Sequence record: DRR723986_5222
Length of the DNA: 42,089 bases
Direction: 5' to 3' (one strand)
Part shown: positions 8,698 through 18,236 of the stretch, one piece after another
How positions within the stretch are numbered: position 1 is the first letter of the stretch
How the letters are laid out: each line of letters starts with the position of its first letter
Translations under genes and position numbers: made by a program
Notes under the pieces: generated by a model
What the model was told of the DNA's origin: nothing
Database searches by the model: none
The model's input: the letters and a program-made list of their open reading frames with translations, nothing else

Positions 8698-10071
8698 TCA
8701 GTGGTGCCGCCCGCCTTGGCGTTCCAACTCAGCCTGAATCAATAATGGGTCAATATCTTTCAGCGCCTTGTTCTGCTGTTTGATCGACAGCGCAGCAGCG
8801 ATACCTGCAGCCTGCCCCGTGACCGCACAGCACGCCATGTTGCGCGTTGCGGCATGGCTATCGCGATCCCCACCCGTTGCACGGCCTGCAACCAACAGGT
8901 TTTCAACCTTTTTCGGCAACAGATTGCGATACGGAATCTGGAAATAGCGCCCCGTCGTGGGCAAGATCAGAATACCGTACCCATCAATGAATTCCGGGAA
9001 AATGCCAACTGAATCCTCGAACCTGGCCTGTTCACGCACATCATGGCTGGTCATGTTGTACTCACAATCCACTTTGCGCGTATCGCGCACGCCCAGCGAC
9101 ATACCGAAATTGCGCAGGCGAATGCCTTCGCAACCCGGCGTGTAGCGGCGCAATGCTTCGATGGCGAGCATCGACTGACGGCGGCCTTCGATCTCGTATT
9201 TGGTCAGACTGTCGGGGTCCGTGCCGTCGCAATCATCCATATGGATGAGGTTCATATACGTCAGCTCACCCGTGTCGTGCACCGCGCCCCATGTGCCTGC
9301 GATCGTGTTCAGATGTGGCGGGATCAACCCGTCCTTGATCGCCTGCTCAAACGGCTTTTTCAAAAATGGAGAAAACATCTCGTCTTCTTTGCCAGTGGTC
9401 TCGATATTCCATTCACCACCGCCGCCCCAATCGGCATAGGTCTGCGGATCGTTCTTGATACCATCCATGAACTTTTGCTTGTCCACGCCCGCAACGTGGA
9501 ACATGACCGAGGCCGCCATCATCTGTTCCAGCGGAGTCTTATAGGTTGGCGCCCCTGCCCGTTCGATGACATCCGCATCCCCGGTTGCATCAATCACCCG
9601 CTTCGCCAAGATCGCTTCGCGTCCGGCTTTGGATTCCGTAATAATGCCTATGATGCCGTTGCCCTCCATGATCGGGGCGACGAACTGACGGTGCAGCATG
9701 GGGCGGATATTGGGTTCATCTGCAACCATCTTATCGGCCACCAGCTTGAACCCTTCGCTGTCGATCTCATAGCTGAGCGATTGGCTTTCGGGAACGGCAG
9801 CGCCCATTTCTTTGGCGCGCTCTTCGAACTCACGCGCGATGCCGTTGGATTCCACGGTCTCTTCGTGGCGATACCAATGCATCCCCTCGACCCCGACCAC
9901 GGTCAGGTTGCCGCCAAAGCAGCCAAAGCGTTCGACCAGAGTCACCTCGACCCCAGCCCGCGCGGCAGCTAGGGCAGCGGGCAAACCGCCGGGGCCCGAT
10001 CCAATCACCAACACATCGGTTTCATGAATGACGTCAATTTCGCGCGCCGGCTCCTGAATTCGTTTTGCCAT
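8698..10071 (-). CDS. FAD-dependent oxidoreductase (FAD_oxidored-type family)
   Basis: Motifs VLVIGSGPGGLPAALAAAR, IDATGDAD, QIPYRNLLPK..NLLVAGR and GQAAGIAAA. Start set at ATG 10071, downstream of GGGGGA. Confidence 0.88.
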   Translation of the reverse strand: MAKRIQEPAREIDVIHETDVLVIGSGPGGLPAALAAARAGVEVTLVERFGCFGGNLTVVGVEGMHWYRHEETVESNGIAREFEERAKEMGAAVPESQSLSYEIDSEGFKLVADKMVADEPNIRPMLHRQFVAPIMEGNGIIGIITESKAGREAILAKRVIDATGDADVIERAGAPTYKTPLEQMMAASVMFHVAGVDKQKFMDGIKNDPQTYADWGGGGEWNIETTGKEDEMFSPFLKKPFEQAIKDGLIPPHLNTIAGTWGAVHDTGELTYMNLIHMDDCDGTDPDSLTKYEIEGRRQSMLAIEALRRYTPGCEGIRLRNFGMSLGVRDTRKVDCEYNMTSHDVREQARFEDSVGIFPEFIDGYGILILPTTGRYFQIPYRNLLPKKVENLLVAGRATGGDRDSHAATRNMACCAVTGQAAGIAAALSIKQQNKALKDIDPLLIQAELERQGGRHH

Positions 10072-10215
10072 GGGTCCCCCAATCTCTGTTCTCGGCAGCA
10101 TTCTCCAAAGGGTTTGGACTTGGCAAGTCCTTGTATGAGGGAATGCCTGTTTTCCGGTCAAAGCTCGGTTTTCTGAGCCCGATTGCCCCAAAACCTGCCG
10201 TCATAAAAAATTCAT

Positions 10216-10230
10216 ATGGATTTTTGTGGC
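10216..10230 (+). promoter_or_regulatory. Candidate DeoR-family operator, copy 1
   Basis: ATGGATTTTTGTGGC, starting 48 bp upstream of the DeoR start. It matches the reverse complement of 21521-21535 at 13/15 positions. Confidence 0.4.
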
Positions 10231-10263
10231 TTTTCGATTGGTTTTGTGTGTTTCATTTCGGTC

Positions 10264-11058
10264 ATGGAAACTGAGACCGATAAAATCCCACATCGGGGGC
10301 ATGAGCTGCTCAACGTTTTGGCACGTTTAGGAGGCTCTGCGCGCAATGCTCAGATCGCTCAGGTTATGAACGTTTCCGAGGAAACCGTGCGCCGCCTGAT
10401 CAAAGGCCTGGCCCAGGCCGGCAAGGTTGAGCGGGTGCACGGCGGAACCTATTTGCGCGGCTCTGCGGACACGCCAATGTATTCCGGTGCACTGGAACAA
10501 AATGCTGTTGAAAAGACCCAGATCGCGCGCGCGGTGTTAGATCACGTGACTGATGGCATGACCATCTTCATCAATGTCGGATCTACAACTACCTATGTTG
10601 CAGAGCAATTAAGGGACCGTAAGTCACTGATTGTGGTGACAAATTCCATCACTGCTGTTGCAGCACTGGCCGATCACAACGACAACCGTGTATTTATGGC
10701 CGGGGGTGAAATCCAACCTGCAGAACGCGGCACCTTTGGCAGCGCCACAGAAGAGTTCGCCGCCCAGTTCAGCTATGATCTGGTGATCTTTGGGTCGGAT
10801 GCCATTTCCGCCAATCAGGGGTTTCTGGCCTCCAATCCGGCCGAGGCATCGTTGACCCGTGTGATCATCAAACAATCTCAGCTCGCATTGGTCGCAGCGG
10901 ACTGTCGCAAGTTCAACAGACGGGCGCCGATTGTAGCCTGCCCCCCAGACAAAGTTACACACTTAATTACAGATGCCCCCCCCGATCCGGCCTTACAACT
11001 GGCCCTGAATGACTGGGGGGTCGAGGTTCACATCGCGCAAAAACTGTCAAAAAAATGA
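10264..11058 (+). CDS. DeoR/GlpR family transcriptional regulator
   Basis: HTH motif VSEETVRRLI..L...VERVHGG and sensor-domain motifs IFINVGSTT, VVTNS and ADCRKF. Start set at ATG 10264. Confidence 0.9.
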   Translation: METETDKIPHRGHELLNVLARLGGSARNAQIAQVMNVSEETVRRLIKGLAQAGKVERVHGGTYLRGSADTPMYSGALEQNAVEKTQIARAVLDHVTDGMTIFINVGSTTTYVAEQLRDRKSLIVVTNSITAVAALADHNDNRVFMAGGEIQPAERGTFGSATEEFAAQFSYDLVIFGSDAISANQGFLASNPAEASLTRVIIKQSQLALVAADCRKFNRRAPIVACPPDKVTHLITDAPPDPALQLALNDWGVEVHIAQKLSKK

Positions 11059-11127
11059 AACATAAGAACAATAAGCGGGGCAAATCGCGGGTCAACCGTT
11101 CCCCAATTTAATCCAACTGGAGGTAAC

Positions 11128-13170
11128 ATGAAAAAGATTCTTCTTTCCGGCGTCGCCGCTATCGCCCTACCGGGCATGGCCGCAGCTGCCAGCTGTCCGG
11201 CGGTCACCGTCGCAGATGCCATGGGCGTCGCCGCAGGCGCATTCCCACAGCAGTACGACCTGACTGAATTCCAAGGCGCCGCATCCTGCGAGATGACGTT
11301 TGCCGAAAACCCGGCCATCGGCGATCTGAACGCGCGTATTCGTGGCAACGGCGATCTGCCAGCTCTCGCCGACCGTTTGCCATCCGAGCCCCTGGTGATG
11401 GCACCCTATGCAGCAACCGGCACCTATGGCGGTCAATTGGATGTCCTGTCCAACGCCACTGAATCCGGCACCTCGGATTTCCTGTCCGTGCGTCACGTCA
11501 ACCTGTTCCGCTATTCCGATGATCTGCAGACTGTTGTGCCCAACGTCTCTAAATCCTGGACTTGGAACGACGACTTCACCGAGCTGACGGTATCGCTGCG
11601 TGCGGGCCACAAATGGTCGGATGGTGAACCCTTCACCGCAGCTGATGTGGTGTTCTGGTACGACAACCTGATGATGGACACCAATGTCATCGCCGAACCC
11701 AAAGGCTATGCATTGGCCGGTGGCGAACCGATGAAGGTTGAAGCCATTGACGACACCACCGTCAAATTCACGCTGGCCGCGCCTAAGCCGGGCCTGATCG
11801 AGACCTTCTCGTTCACCTACGTGCAGCCTTATCAGCCCAAGCACTTCTTTGAGCAGTTCCACCCGGCCCTGAACGATCAAGCCGACGCCAACGCCAAGGC
11901 GCTCGGATATGAAGGTGGCTATGATCTGATCAAAGCCTATTACGGCAATTCAGACTGGATGGACACGCCGTCACCGATGCTGACTGCGGGTGACAAACTG
12001 GCTGGTCTGCCCAAAGACACCATGCCCACGCTGGAAAGCCACATCTTGGTGAAAGAAACCACCGAGGGCCGTCACTACGTCGCGAACCCTTACTTCTTCC
12101 AGGTGGACACAGCTGGCAATCAGTTGCCTTATATCTCGGACATGGACGAGACCTATGTGGGCGACGAAGAAGTCCGCACTCTGAAGCTGTTGAATGGCGA
12201 AGTAGATTACAAATCACAGGCCGTGAACCTGACATCAGCCCCCGTGCTGCTAGAGGGTCAGGAAAAGGGCAACTATACGCTGGACGTTAAGCCCGGCATC
12301 GCCAGCCCGACCATCGCGTTCAACGTGACCCACGAAAACGAAGCCCGCCGCGCCATCTTTGGCGATGTCCGGTTCCGCACCGCGATGTCCGTCGCAATGA
12401 ACCGCGCCGAGCTGAACGAAGTGACCGCCTTTGGTTTGGGCACACCCACCCAGTACATCGGTTTTTCACCGCGTCCTGATTTCATCGATGCAAAATGGTC
12501 CGAGCACGAAGCCAGTTTCGACCCGGCCCGCGCCAACGCGCTGCTGGATGAAATGGGCTTGATGGACAAAGACGGTGACGGCGCACGTGACATGCCCGAT
12601 GGATCGCCTTTGGTTCTGGATTGGCAGTTCTCGACACAGGCGAGCCCCGCCCAGTTTGTTGAACTGATCGCCCAGAACTGGACCGACGTGGGTATCAAGA
12701 CGTCGATCAAAGAAGTCACATCAGATGAGTTCCGCGCGGCGCAGTCTGCCAACCAGCTGGACATCACCATGTGGGGCAAAGGTCAGCCTGCCGGGTCTAT
12801 CCTTGGCGATGACGAAACATGGATCCCACCGTTTGATGGCTATTTTGACGTGCGCACTGGGATGCTGTGGGCTGAGTTCATCAGCTCGGATGGCGCCAAT
12901 GGCGTTCAGCCTCCGGAATGGGTTGGCAGCCTGAAAGCTGAGCTGGACACCTACCAGTCTTCGGCTCCGGGTACGGATGCGTCGATTTCAGCGGCACAGA
13001 AAATGGTTGAAATCATGACTGGTGAAATGCTGTTCATCGGGACCGTGAATGCGCCTGCGCCGATCTATCACTCGAACAATCTGAACAACTTTGTCGAGTT
13101 CAAGACGCAGTCGTATGAGTTCTACCGGACCTACCCTTATCGCCCAACCCAGTGGTTCCTGAGCGAGTAA
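11128..13170 (+). CDS. ABC transporter substrate-binding protein, family 5 (long AgpA/OppA-like type)
   Basis: Signal peptide and GGAGG RBS. Motifs LPALADRLPSEPLV, LRAGHKWSDGEPFTAADVVF, NPYFFQVDTAGNQLPYI and a DKDGDG loop. Confidence 0.92.
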   Translation: MKKILLSGVAAIALPGMAAAASCPAVTVADAMGVAAGAFPQQYDLTEFQGAASCEMTFAENPAIGDLNARIRGNGDLPALADRLPSEPLVMAPYAATGTYGGQLDVLSNATESGTSDFLSVRHVNLFRYSDDLQTVVPNVSKSWTWNDDFTELTVSLRAGHKWSDGEPFTAADVVFWYDNLMMDTNVIAEPKGYALAGGEPMKVEAIDDTTVKFTLAAPKPGLIETFSFTYVQPYQPKHFFEQFHPALNDQADANAKALGYEGGYDLIKAYYGNSDWMDTPSPMLTAGDKLAGLPKDTMPTLESHILVKETTEGRHYVANPYFFQVDTAGNQLPYISDMDETYVGDEEVRTLKLLNGEVDYKSQAVNLTSAPVLLEGQEKGNYTLDVKPGIASPTIAFNVTHENEARRAIFGDVRFRTAMSVAMNRAELNEVTAFGLGTPTQYIGFSPRPDFIDAKWSEHEASFDPARANALLDEMGLMDKDGDGARDMPDGSPLVLDWQFSTQASPAQFVELIAQNWTDVGIKTSIKEVTSDEFRAAQSANQLDITMWGKGQPAGSILGDDETWIPPFDGYFDVRTGMLWAEFISSDGANGVQPPEWVGSLKAELDTYQSSAPGTDASISAAQKMVEIMTGEMLFIGTVNAPAPIYHSNNLNNFVEFKTQSYEFYRTYPYRPTQWFLSE

Positions 13171-13197
13171 TCCGGTCCTCATGGACCTAACAACACG

Positions 13198-13229
13198 AGG
13201 TCGGGCATTCCAACGCGGGTGCCCGACCT
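13198..13229 (+). other. Intercistronic stem-loop after the binding-protein gene
   Basis: AGGTCGGGCA...TGCCCGACCT, a 10-bp perfect stem that can be extended with G-U pairs. Confidence 0.6.
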
Positions 13230-13249
13230 TAGCGACCTAGGGGGTAGCC

Positions 13250-14254
13250 ATGCTACAATTTGCACGGTTCGCTGCGACGCGCGCGGCGATGGCACTGATC
13301 ACACTGACGATCGTGTCCTTGGTGGTGTTCACCTTGATGGAACTGGTGCCCGGCGATTGCGCCGAGCGGTACCTGTCCTACAAGAACACCCAAGGATCGG
13401 CGATCACGCTGGCGGATATCGACGCTGAGCGCGCCCGGCTCGGGCTGGACCGTCCATTCCTGACCCGCTGGGTCAGCTGGCTGACCGGCGCGTTTCAGGG
13501 CGATTTTGGCAGCAGCTGCATCCTGCGGGTAGATATTGCTCAGCTTCTGGGCGCGAAATTCTGGATTTCCCTCGCAATCTGTTTGGGTGCCCTGACACTG
13601 GCCTATGCCATTGCAATCCCTGTTGGAATCATCTCGGCCGCGTCCCGCAATGCCGCGATGAACAACGTTCTGCGACTGGTCAGCTACCTTGGTCTGGCCA
13701 TGCCGAATTTCCTGTTGGCGCTGATGATCATGCTGGTTTCGACCGTCTATTTCGGCGAAACTTTGACCGGCCTATTTTCCCCCGAATACAAAGATGCGCC
13801 GTGGTCCTGGGCCAAATTGGGCGATCTGTTGAAACACGCCTGGCTTCCAATCTTTATCCTTGGCTGGTCTGCGACTGCTTTTGCTTTGCAAACCGTGCGG
13901 GCCCTAATGTCCGATGAGATTGGCAAGCTATACGTCACTGCCGCCGCAGCGCGGGGCATTCATGGCACCCGCTTGTTGTGGCGCTATCCGGCGCGGCACG
14001 CGCTGGGGCCAATCGTCAACAGCCTTGGCTTTGACTTGAATCGGATCTTTAACGAACTGCCCATCGTGGCGTTGATCTTGACGTTGACAGAGGCCGGGTC
14101 GCTGCTGCTCGAAGCCCTGGCACGCTCCAATGACCAACAACTGGCCGGCGCGATCATCTTTCTGCTCACGGCATCCATCGTGACGCTGAACTTTTTCACC
14201 GACATTCTGCTGGCGGTCATCGACCCCCGTGTCCGCAAAAGCATCCTGAGGTAG
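13250..14254 (+). CDS. ABC transporter permease (OppB/DppB-like)
   Basis: Motifs LVPGD, LGLDRP, GDFG.S, AMPNFLLAL and C-terminal DILLAVIDPRVR. Confidence 0.92.
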   Translation: MLQFARFAATRAAMALITLTIVSLVVFTLMELVPGDCAERYLSYKNTQGSAITLADIDAERARLGLDRPFLTRWVSWLTGAFQGDFGSSCILRVDIAQLLGAKFWISLAICLGALTLAYAIAIPVGIISAASRNAAMNNVLRLVSYLGLAMPNFLLALMIMLVSTVYFGETLTGLFSPEYKDAPWSWAKLGDLLKHAWLPIFILGWSATAFALQTVRALMSDEIGKLYVTAAAARGIHGTRLLWRYPARHALGPIVNSLGFDLNRIFNELPIVALILTLTEAGSLLLEALARSNDQQLAGAIIFLLTASIVTLNFFTDILLAVIDPRVRKSILR

Positions 14255-14258
14255 GCCG

Positions 14259-15389
14259 ATGAGTGTGACGACACAAAACCAAAAGGCCAAAGAGGCCTAT
14301 TTCACCGCCTCGCAGGGTCAGTTGATCTGGGCACGTTTCAAGAAACAAAAGGCTGCTATGGTCGGGGCCGTGGTGCTGGTGGTATTGATCCTGTCGGGGA
14401 TTTTCGCACCCTTCCTGTCGCCCTATGACCCCACTGTGGCGGGACGAGACAAAGGATACCTGAACGGCGCGCCACAGATCCCGAAATTCTGCGATGACAA
14501 TGGCTGCTCAGTGCGGCCGTTCCTCTACACCGTGACTCGCGAGCGGTCGCTCGCGACCAATTTCCGCTGGGTGGAAAAGATCAACACCGACGAACGCCGC
14601 TATGTGCAGTTCTTTGTACAGGGCGACAAATACAAGCTGTTTGGCTTTATTCCCGGCTCTGTCCATCTTTTTGGCATGGATAATGGATATGTCCATTTGT
14701 TCGGCACCGACAGCGCAGGCAAAGACATCTTTAGCCGGACCTTGCACGCGATCCTGACCTCGCTTCAGGTGGGCACGATGGGGGTTGTGATCTCGTTTGT
14801 GCTGGCGCTCGTGATTGGGGGGATATCCGGGTATTATGGCGGTTGGCTGGACAGTGTGATCCAGATGGTTACAGATGCCATCCGTACCGTACCCGCAATC
14901 CCATTGTTCATGGCAATCGCGGCCTTTATCCCGCCGGAATGGACGGCAGAAACCCGGTTCTTTTTCATCTCAATGATCCTAGGCCTGATCGGCTGGCCCA
15001 CTTTGGCGCGACGGGTCCGCACCCATTTGCTGACCGAACGCAATCAGGAATACGTGCTGGCGGCACAGCTGTGCGGGGCCTCGCCCAGCCACGTCATCCG
15101 ACGCCACCTGCTGCCCAGTTTCACCAGCTACATCATCGTCGATCTGGTCATTTCCTTCCCTTACATGGTGCTGAGTGAAACGGCCCTGTCGTTCATTGGT
15201 TTGGGCCTCAAGGATCCGGTGAACAGCCTGGGCGTGATGTTGCAGAACGTAACCAAGGCGGATGTTTTGCTGAACTATCAATGGTATTTCATCCCGGTGA
15301 TTTTCTTCATCGCGCTGGTGATGGCATTTGTGTTTGTGGGCGATGGCCTGCGCGATGCGGCTGACCCCTATTCGGAGGCCAACAAATGA
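14259..15389 (+). CDS. ABC transporter permease (OppC/DppC-like)
   Basis: Motifs HLFGTDSAGKDIFSR, EAA-loop EYVLAAQLCGA, ETALSFIGLG and GDGLRDAADP. Confidence 0.92.
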   Translation: MSVTTQNQKAKEAYFTASQGQLIWARFKKQKAAMVGAVVLVVLILSGIFAPFLSPYDPTVAGRDKGYLNGAPQIPKFCDDNGCSVRPFLYTVTRERSLATNFRWVEKINTDERRYVQFFVQGDKYKLFGFIPGSVHLFGMDNGYVHLFGTDSAGKDIFSRTLHAILTSLQVGTMGVVISFVLALVIGGISGYYGGWLDSVIQMVTDAIRTVPAIPLFMAIAAFIPPEWTAETRFFFISMILGLIGWPTLARRVRTHLLTERNQEYVLAAQLCGASPSHVIRRHLLPSFTSYIIVDLVISFPYMVLSETALSFIGLGLKDPVNSLGVMLQNVTKADVLLNYQWYFIPVIFFIALVMAFVFVGDGLRDAADPYSEANK

Positions 15390-16381
15390 GCCTGATCGAC
15401 GTCAAAAACCTGACCCTGCAATTTGATACCGACGAGGGGCGCATTACTGCGGTCGACAACGTGTCATTCTCGCTCGCACCAGGCGAAGTCATGGGGTTGG
15501 TCGGAGAATCCGGTTCCGGCAAATCGGTAACCGCTAAAGCGTTGATGAAACTGAACGCGCGCAACGGACACTATTCCAACGACAGCCAGATTACCCTGCA
15601 TCTGGACAGTGGTCCGGTCGATGTCATGTCACTGAAACGCCCACGCGATATGGCCGTCATTCGTGGCGGCGCGATCAGCATGATTTTTCAGGAACCCATG
15701 GCCAGCTTTGCCCCTGCCATGACCGTGGGCAGCCAGATGGTTGAACAGCTGTTGATCCATTCCAACATGAACAAACGACAAGCCAAGGAGCTGTCGATTG
15801 AGATGTTGGATCGTGTTGGTATTTCCGACGCATCTACCCGGTTCAATCAGTATGCGTTCGAGATGTCCGGCGGTATGCGCCAGCGCGCTATGATCGCGAT
15901 GGCCTTGTCCACAAAGCCCAAGCTGTTGATCGCAGATGAACCCACCACGGCGCTGGATGTGACCATTCAGGCGCAGGTCATCGATCTGATGAAGGATCTG
16001 GTAGATGAATTCAAAATGGGCATCATCTTTATCACTCACGATCTGGGCGTTGTTGCCCAAACCGCCGACAAAGTCGCCGTGATGTATCTGGGCCGGATGA
16101 TCGAACAGGGCCCTGTGCGCGAGGTGATCCGCAATCCGCGCCATCCCTATACCCAAGGCTTGATTGACGCATTGCCGAAACTTGACGATCTGGGCGCACC
16201 TCTGCGGGCCATTCCCGGTGATATTCCGTCACCGCTGGAACGCCCCTCGGGCTGTGTGTTTCATACTCGCTGTTCGCAGATCATCGGCGATATCTGTAAA
16301 ACCCACCTGCCCGCTTGGGCAGATACCGGCGCCGATCATCGCACCGCCTGCCATCTCTGTCACCAAGGAGCCAGCGCATGA
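15386..16381 (+). CDS. ABC transporter ATP-binding protein (OppD-like)
   Basis: Walker A GESGSGKS, signature [21 protein letters not shown] and the C-terminal Cys motif GCVFHTRC. Confidence 0.95.
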   Translation: MSLIDVKNLTLQFDTDEGRITAVDNVSFSLAPGEVMGLVGESGSGKSVTAKALMKLNARNGHYSNDSQITLHLDSGPVDVMSLKRPRDMAVIRGGAISMIFQEPMASFAPAMTVGSQMVEQLLIHSNMNKRQAKELSIEMLDRVGISDASTRFNQYAFEMSGGMRQRAMIAMALSTKPKLLIADEPTTALDVTIQAQVIDLMKDLVDEFKMGIIFITHDLGVVAQTADKVAVMYLGRMIEQGPVREVIRNPRHPYTQGLIDALPKLDDLGAPLRAIPGDIPSPLERPSGCVFHTRCSQIIGDICKTHLPAWADTGADHRTACHLCHQGASA

Positions 16382-17385
16382 GCGATCCGCTTTTGATCCA
16401 GACCAAGGATCTGTCTGTCACCTTTTCCATCGGCAATGGCGTGTTCAAGAAACAGCAGCTCAAAGCGGTGGATGGAATCTCCATCGACATCCCCAAAGGG
16501 TCATTCTTTGGCGTTGTTGGGGAATCCGGCTCAGGCAAAACCACGCTGGGCCGTGCACTGTTGAATGCGGTTCCGATCTCGGACGGGCACGCCACCTATG
16601 ACGATGGCGAAGTTACGTATGATTTGGCCGATCTCGATGGCGCCGTGCTCAAGGACTATCGCAAACGCGCGCAACTGATTTTTCAGGACCCCTACGCCGC
16701 ACTCAGCCCACGCATGACGGTGCGCGATATCATCGCCGAACCGCTCGAGGTGATGGGGCTGACTGCAAACCGCGAGGAAACCGATGCCCGCGTACGTGAA
16801 ATCGCGGCCAAATGTCGGTTGAATCTGGAACACCTGCGCCGCTTTCCCCATGCATTTTCCGGCGGTCAGCGCCAACGCATTTCCATCGCACGCGCGCTGG
16901 TATCTGGACCTCAGTTCATTGTCGCAGATGAATCCGTCGCGGCGTTGGATGTGTCCATTCAAGCCGACATTCTGAACCTGCTCAAATCCATCCAACAAGA
17001 GATGGGCCTGACGTTTCTGTTCATCAGCCATGACCTGTCTGTGGTCGCCCACACATGTGACCATGTGGCGGTGATGTATCTGGGGCGTATCGTCGAAAGC
17101 GCCCCAACCCGGCAGTTGTTCAAGAATGCGCGTCACCCCTATACCAAGGCGCTGTTCTCGGCGATCCCCTCATTGGATCCGGACGATCGTGGATCAGCGC
17201 AGAAACTGGTTGGGGAAATCCCATCGCCCACCAACCAGCCGACCGGGTGCAAATTCCACACCCGCTGCCCCTATGTGACGGACCTGTGCAAACAACAAGA
17301 ACCCCCATTGGTCACCTGCGAAGAGGGCCACGCCGTATCCTGCCACCGGTGGGAAGAACTGCAAGAAGGTATCACAACCGCCTGA
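16378..17385 (+). CDS. ABC transporter ATP-binding protein (OppF-like)
   Basis: Motifs GESGSGKT, FSGGQRQR, ADESVAALD and GCKFHTRCP. Start set at the ATGA overlap, 16378. Confidence 0.95.
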   Translation: MSDPLLIQTKDLSVTFSIGNGVFKKQQLKAVDGISIDIPKGSFFGVVGESGSGKTTLGRALLNAVPISDGHATYDDGEVTYDLADLDGAVLKDYRKRAQLIFQDPYAALSPRMTVRDIIAEPLEVMGLTANREETDARVREIAAKCRLNLEHLRRFPHAFSGGQRQRISIARALVSGPQFIVADESVAALDVSIQADILNLLKSIQQEMGLTFLFISHDLSVVAHTCDHVAVMYLGRIVESAPTRQLFKNARHPYTKALFSAIPSLDPDDRGSAQKLVGEIPSPTNQPTGCKFHTRCPYVTDLCKQQEPPLVTCEEGHAVSCHRWEELQEGITTA

Positions 17386-17392
17386 ATTAGGC

Positions 17393-18232
17393 TCAGGCGC
17401 TGGTTCCGATCAGCGCCACGCCCATCGCCATCAGCACGGCCGCGCCAAGGCGGCGTTTCCAGTTGCCTTCGCGCAGGAACACGAACCCGATCAATGCGGC
17501 AAAGATCACCGATGTTTCGCGCAAGGCTGAAACCGCCCCCAGCGGCGCAAAGTTTTTGGCATATAGCACCAGACCATAGGCGGTCATCGAAACCAAGCCA
17601 CCCGCGATGCCCAAGGCCCAAACCCGCAGCGGTAGCGCCGCAAGTGTTGCGCGTTTGCGGAGCCCAATGAAGCCCGCGATAAAGATATGCAAGAATGCGC
17701 CCCATGCCCAATAAGACAACGTATTGCCAGACAACCGTACCCCGATCCCATCCACCACGGAATAGATCGAGATACAGAAACCCGTGCCGACAGCAAACCC
17801 AAGTGCGGCCTTACCCACGCCAGAGCGCAGCACTTTCCAACTGCTCAGCTGAATACCTAACGCAATAACGCCGATCCCGATCCACGCTTGCGCAGGCAGT
17901 ACCTCGCCCAACAGGATGAGCGCCCACAGCGACACCAACGCCGGAACAATGCCGCGCGCGATCGGATACACCACGCTCAGATCGCCGTGCTGATAGGCCT
18001 TTCCCAGCATGAAGAAATATCCAAAATGCACCACCGTCGACAGCAGGATATAGACAAAGCTTTCAGCGCTTGGCAGCGGTAGCAGCATCACCATGACCGT
18101 CGCAGGCAACACATGACCAAAAGCCACCAGACCCAGCGTCGTGGTCCGGTCCACGGCGGTTTTCACAATAGCGTTCCAGACCGCATGCAACACAGCGGCG
18201 GACAAGATAATGGCGATGACAAAGGGCGACAT
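17393..18232 (-). CDS. DMT/EamA family transporter
   Basis: About 10 TM segments. Motifs AVLHAVWN, GDLSVVYPIARG and VSALRETSVIFA. Confidence 0.9.
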   Translation of the reverse strand: MSPFVIAIILSAAVLHAVWNAIVKTAVDRTTTLGLVAFGHVLPATVMVMLLPLPSAESFVYILLSTVVHFGYFFMLGKAYQHGDLSVVYPIARGIVPALVSLWALILLGEVLPAQAWIGIGVIALGIQLSSWKVLRSGVGKAALGFAVGTGFCISIYSVVDGIGVRLSGNTLSYWAWGAFLHIFIAGFIGLRKRATLAALPLRVWALGIAGGLVSMTAYGLVLYAKNFAPLGAVSALRETSVIFAALIGFVFLREGNWKRRLGAAVLMAMGVALIGTSA

Positions 18233-18236
18233 ATAG

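Noticed and set aside
11128-17385. Ordinary opp/dpp peptide transporter
   Set aside because: The fold family matches, but the long binding protein, DeoR control and phosphoesterase neighbours argue against peptides. No opp/dpp symbols were assigned.
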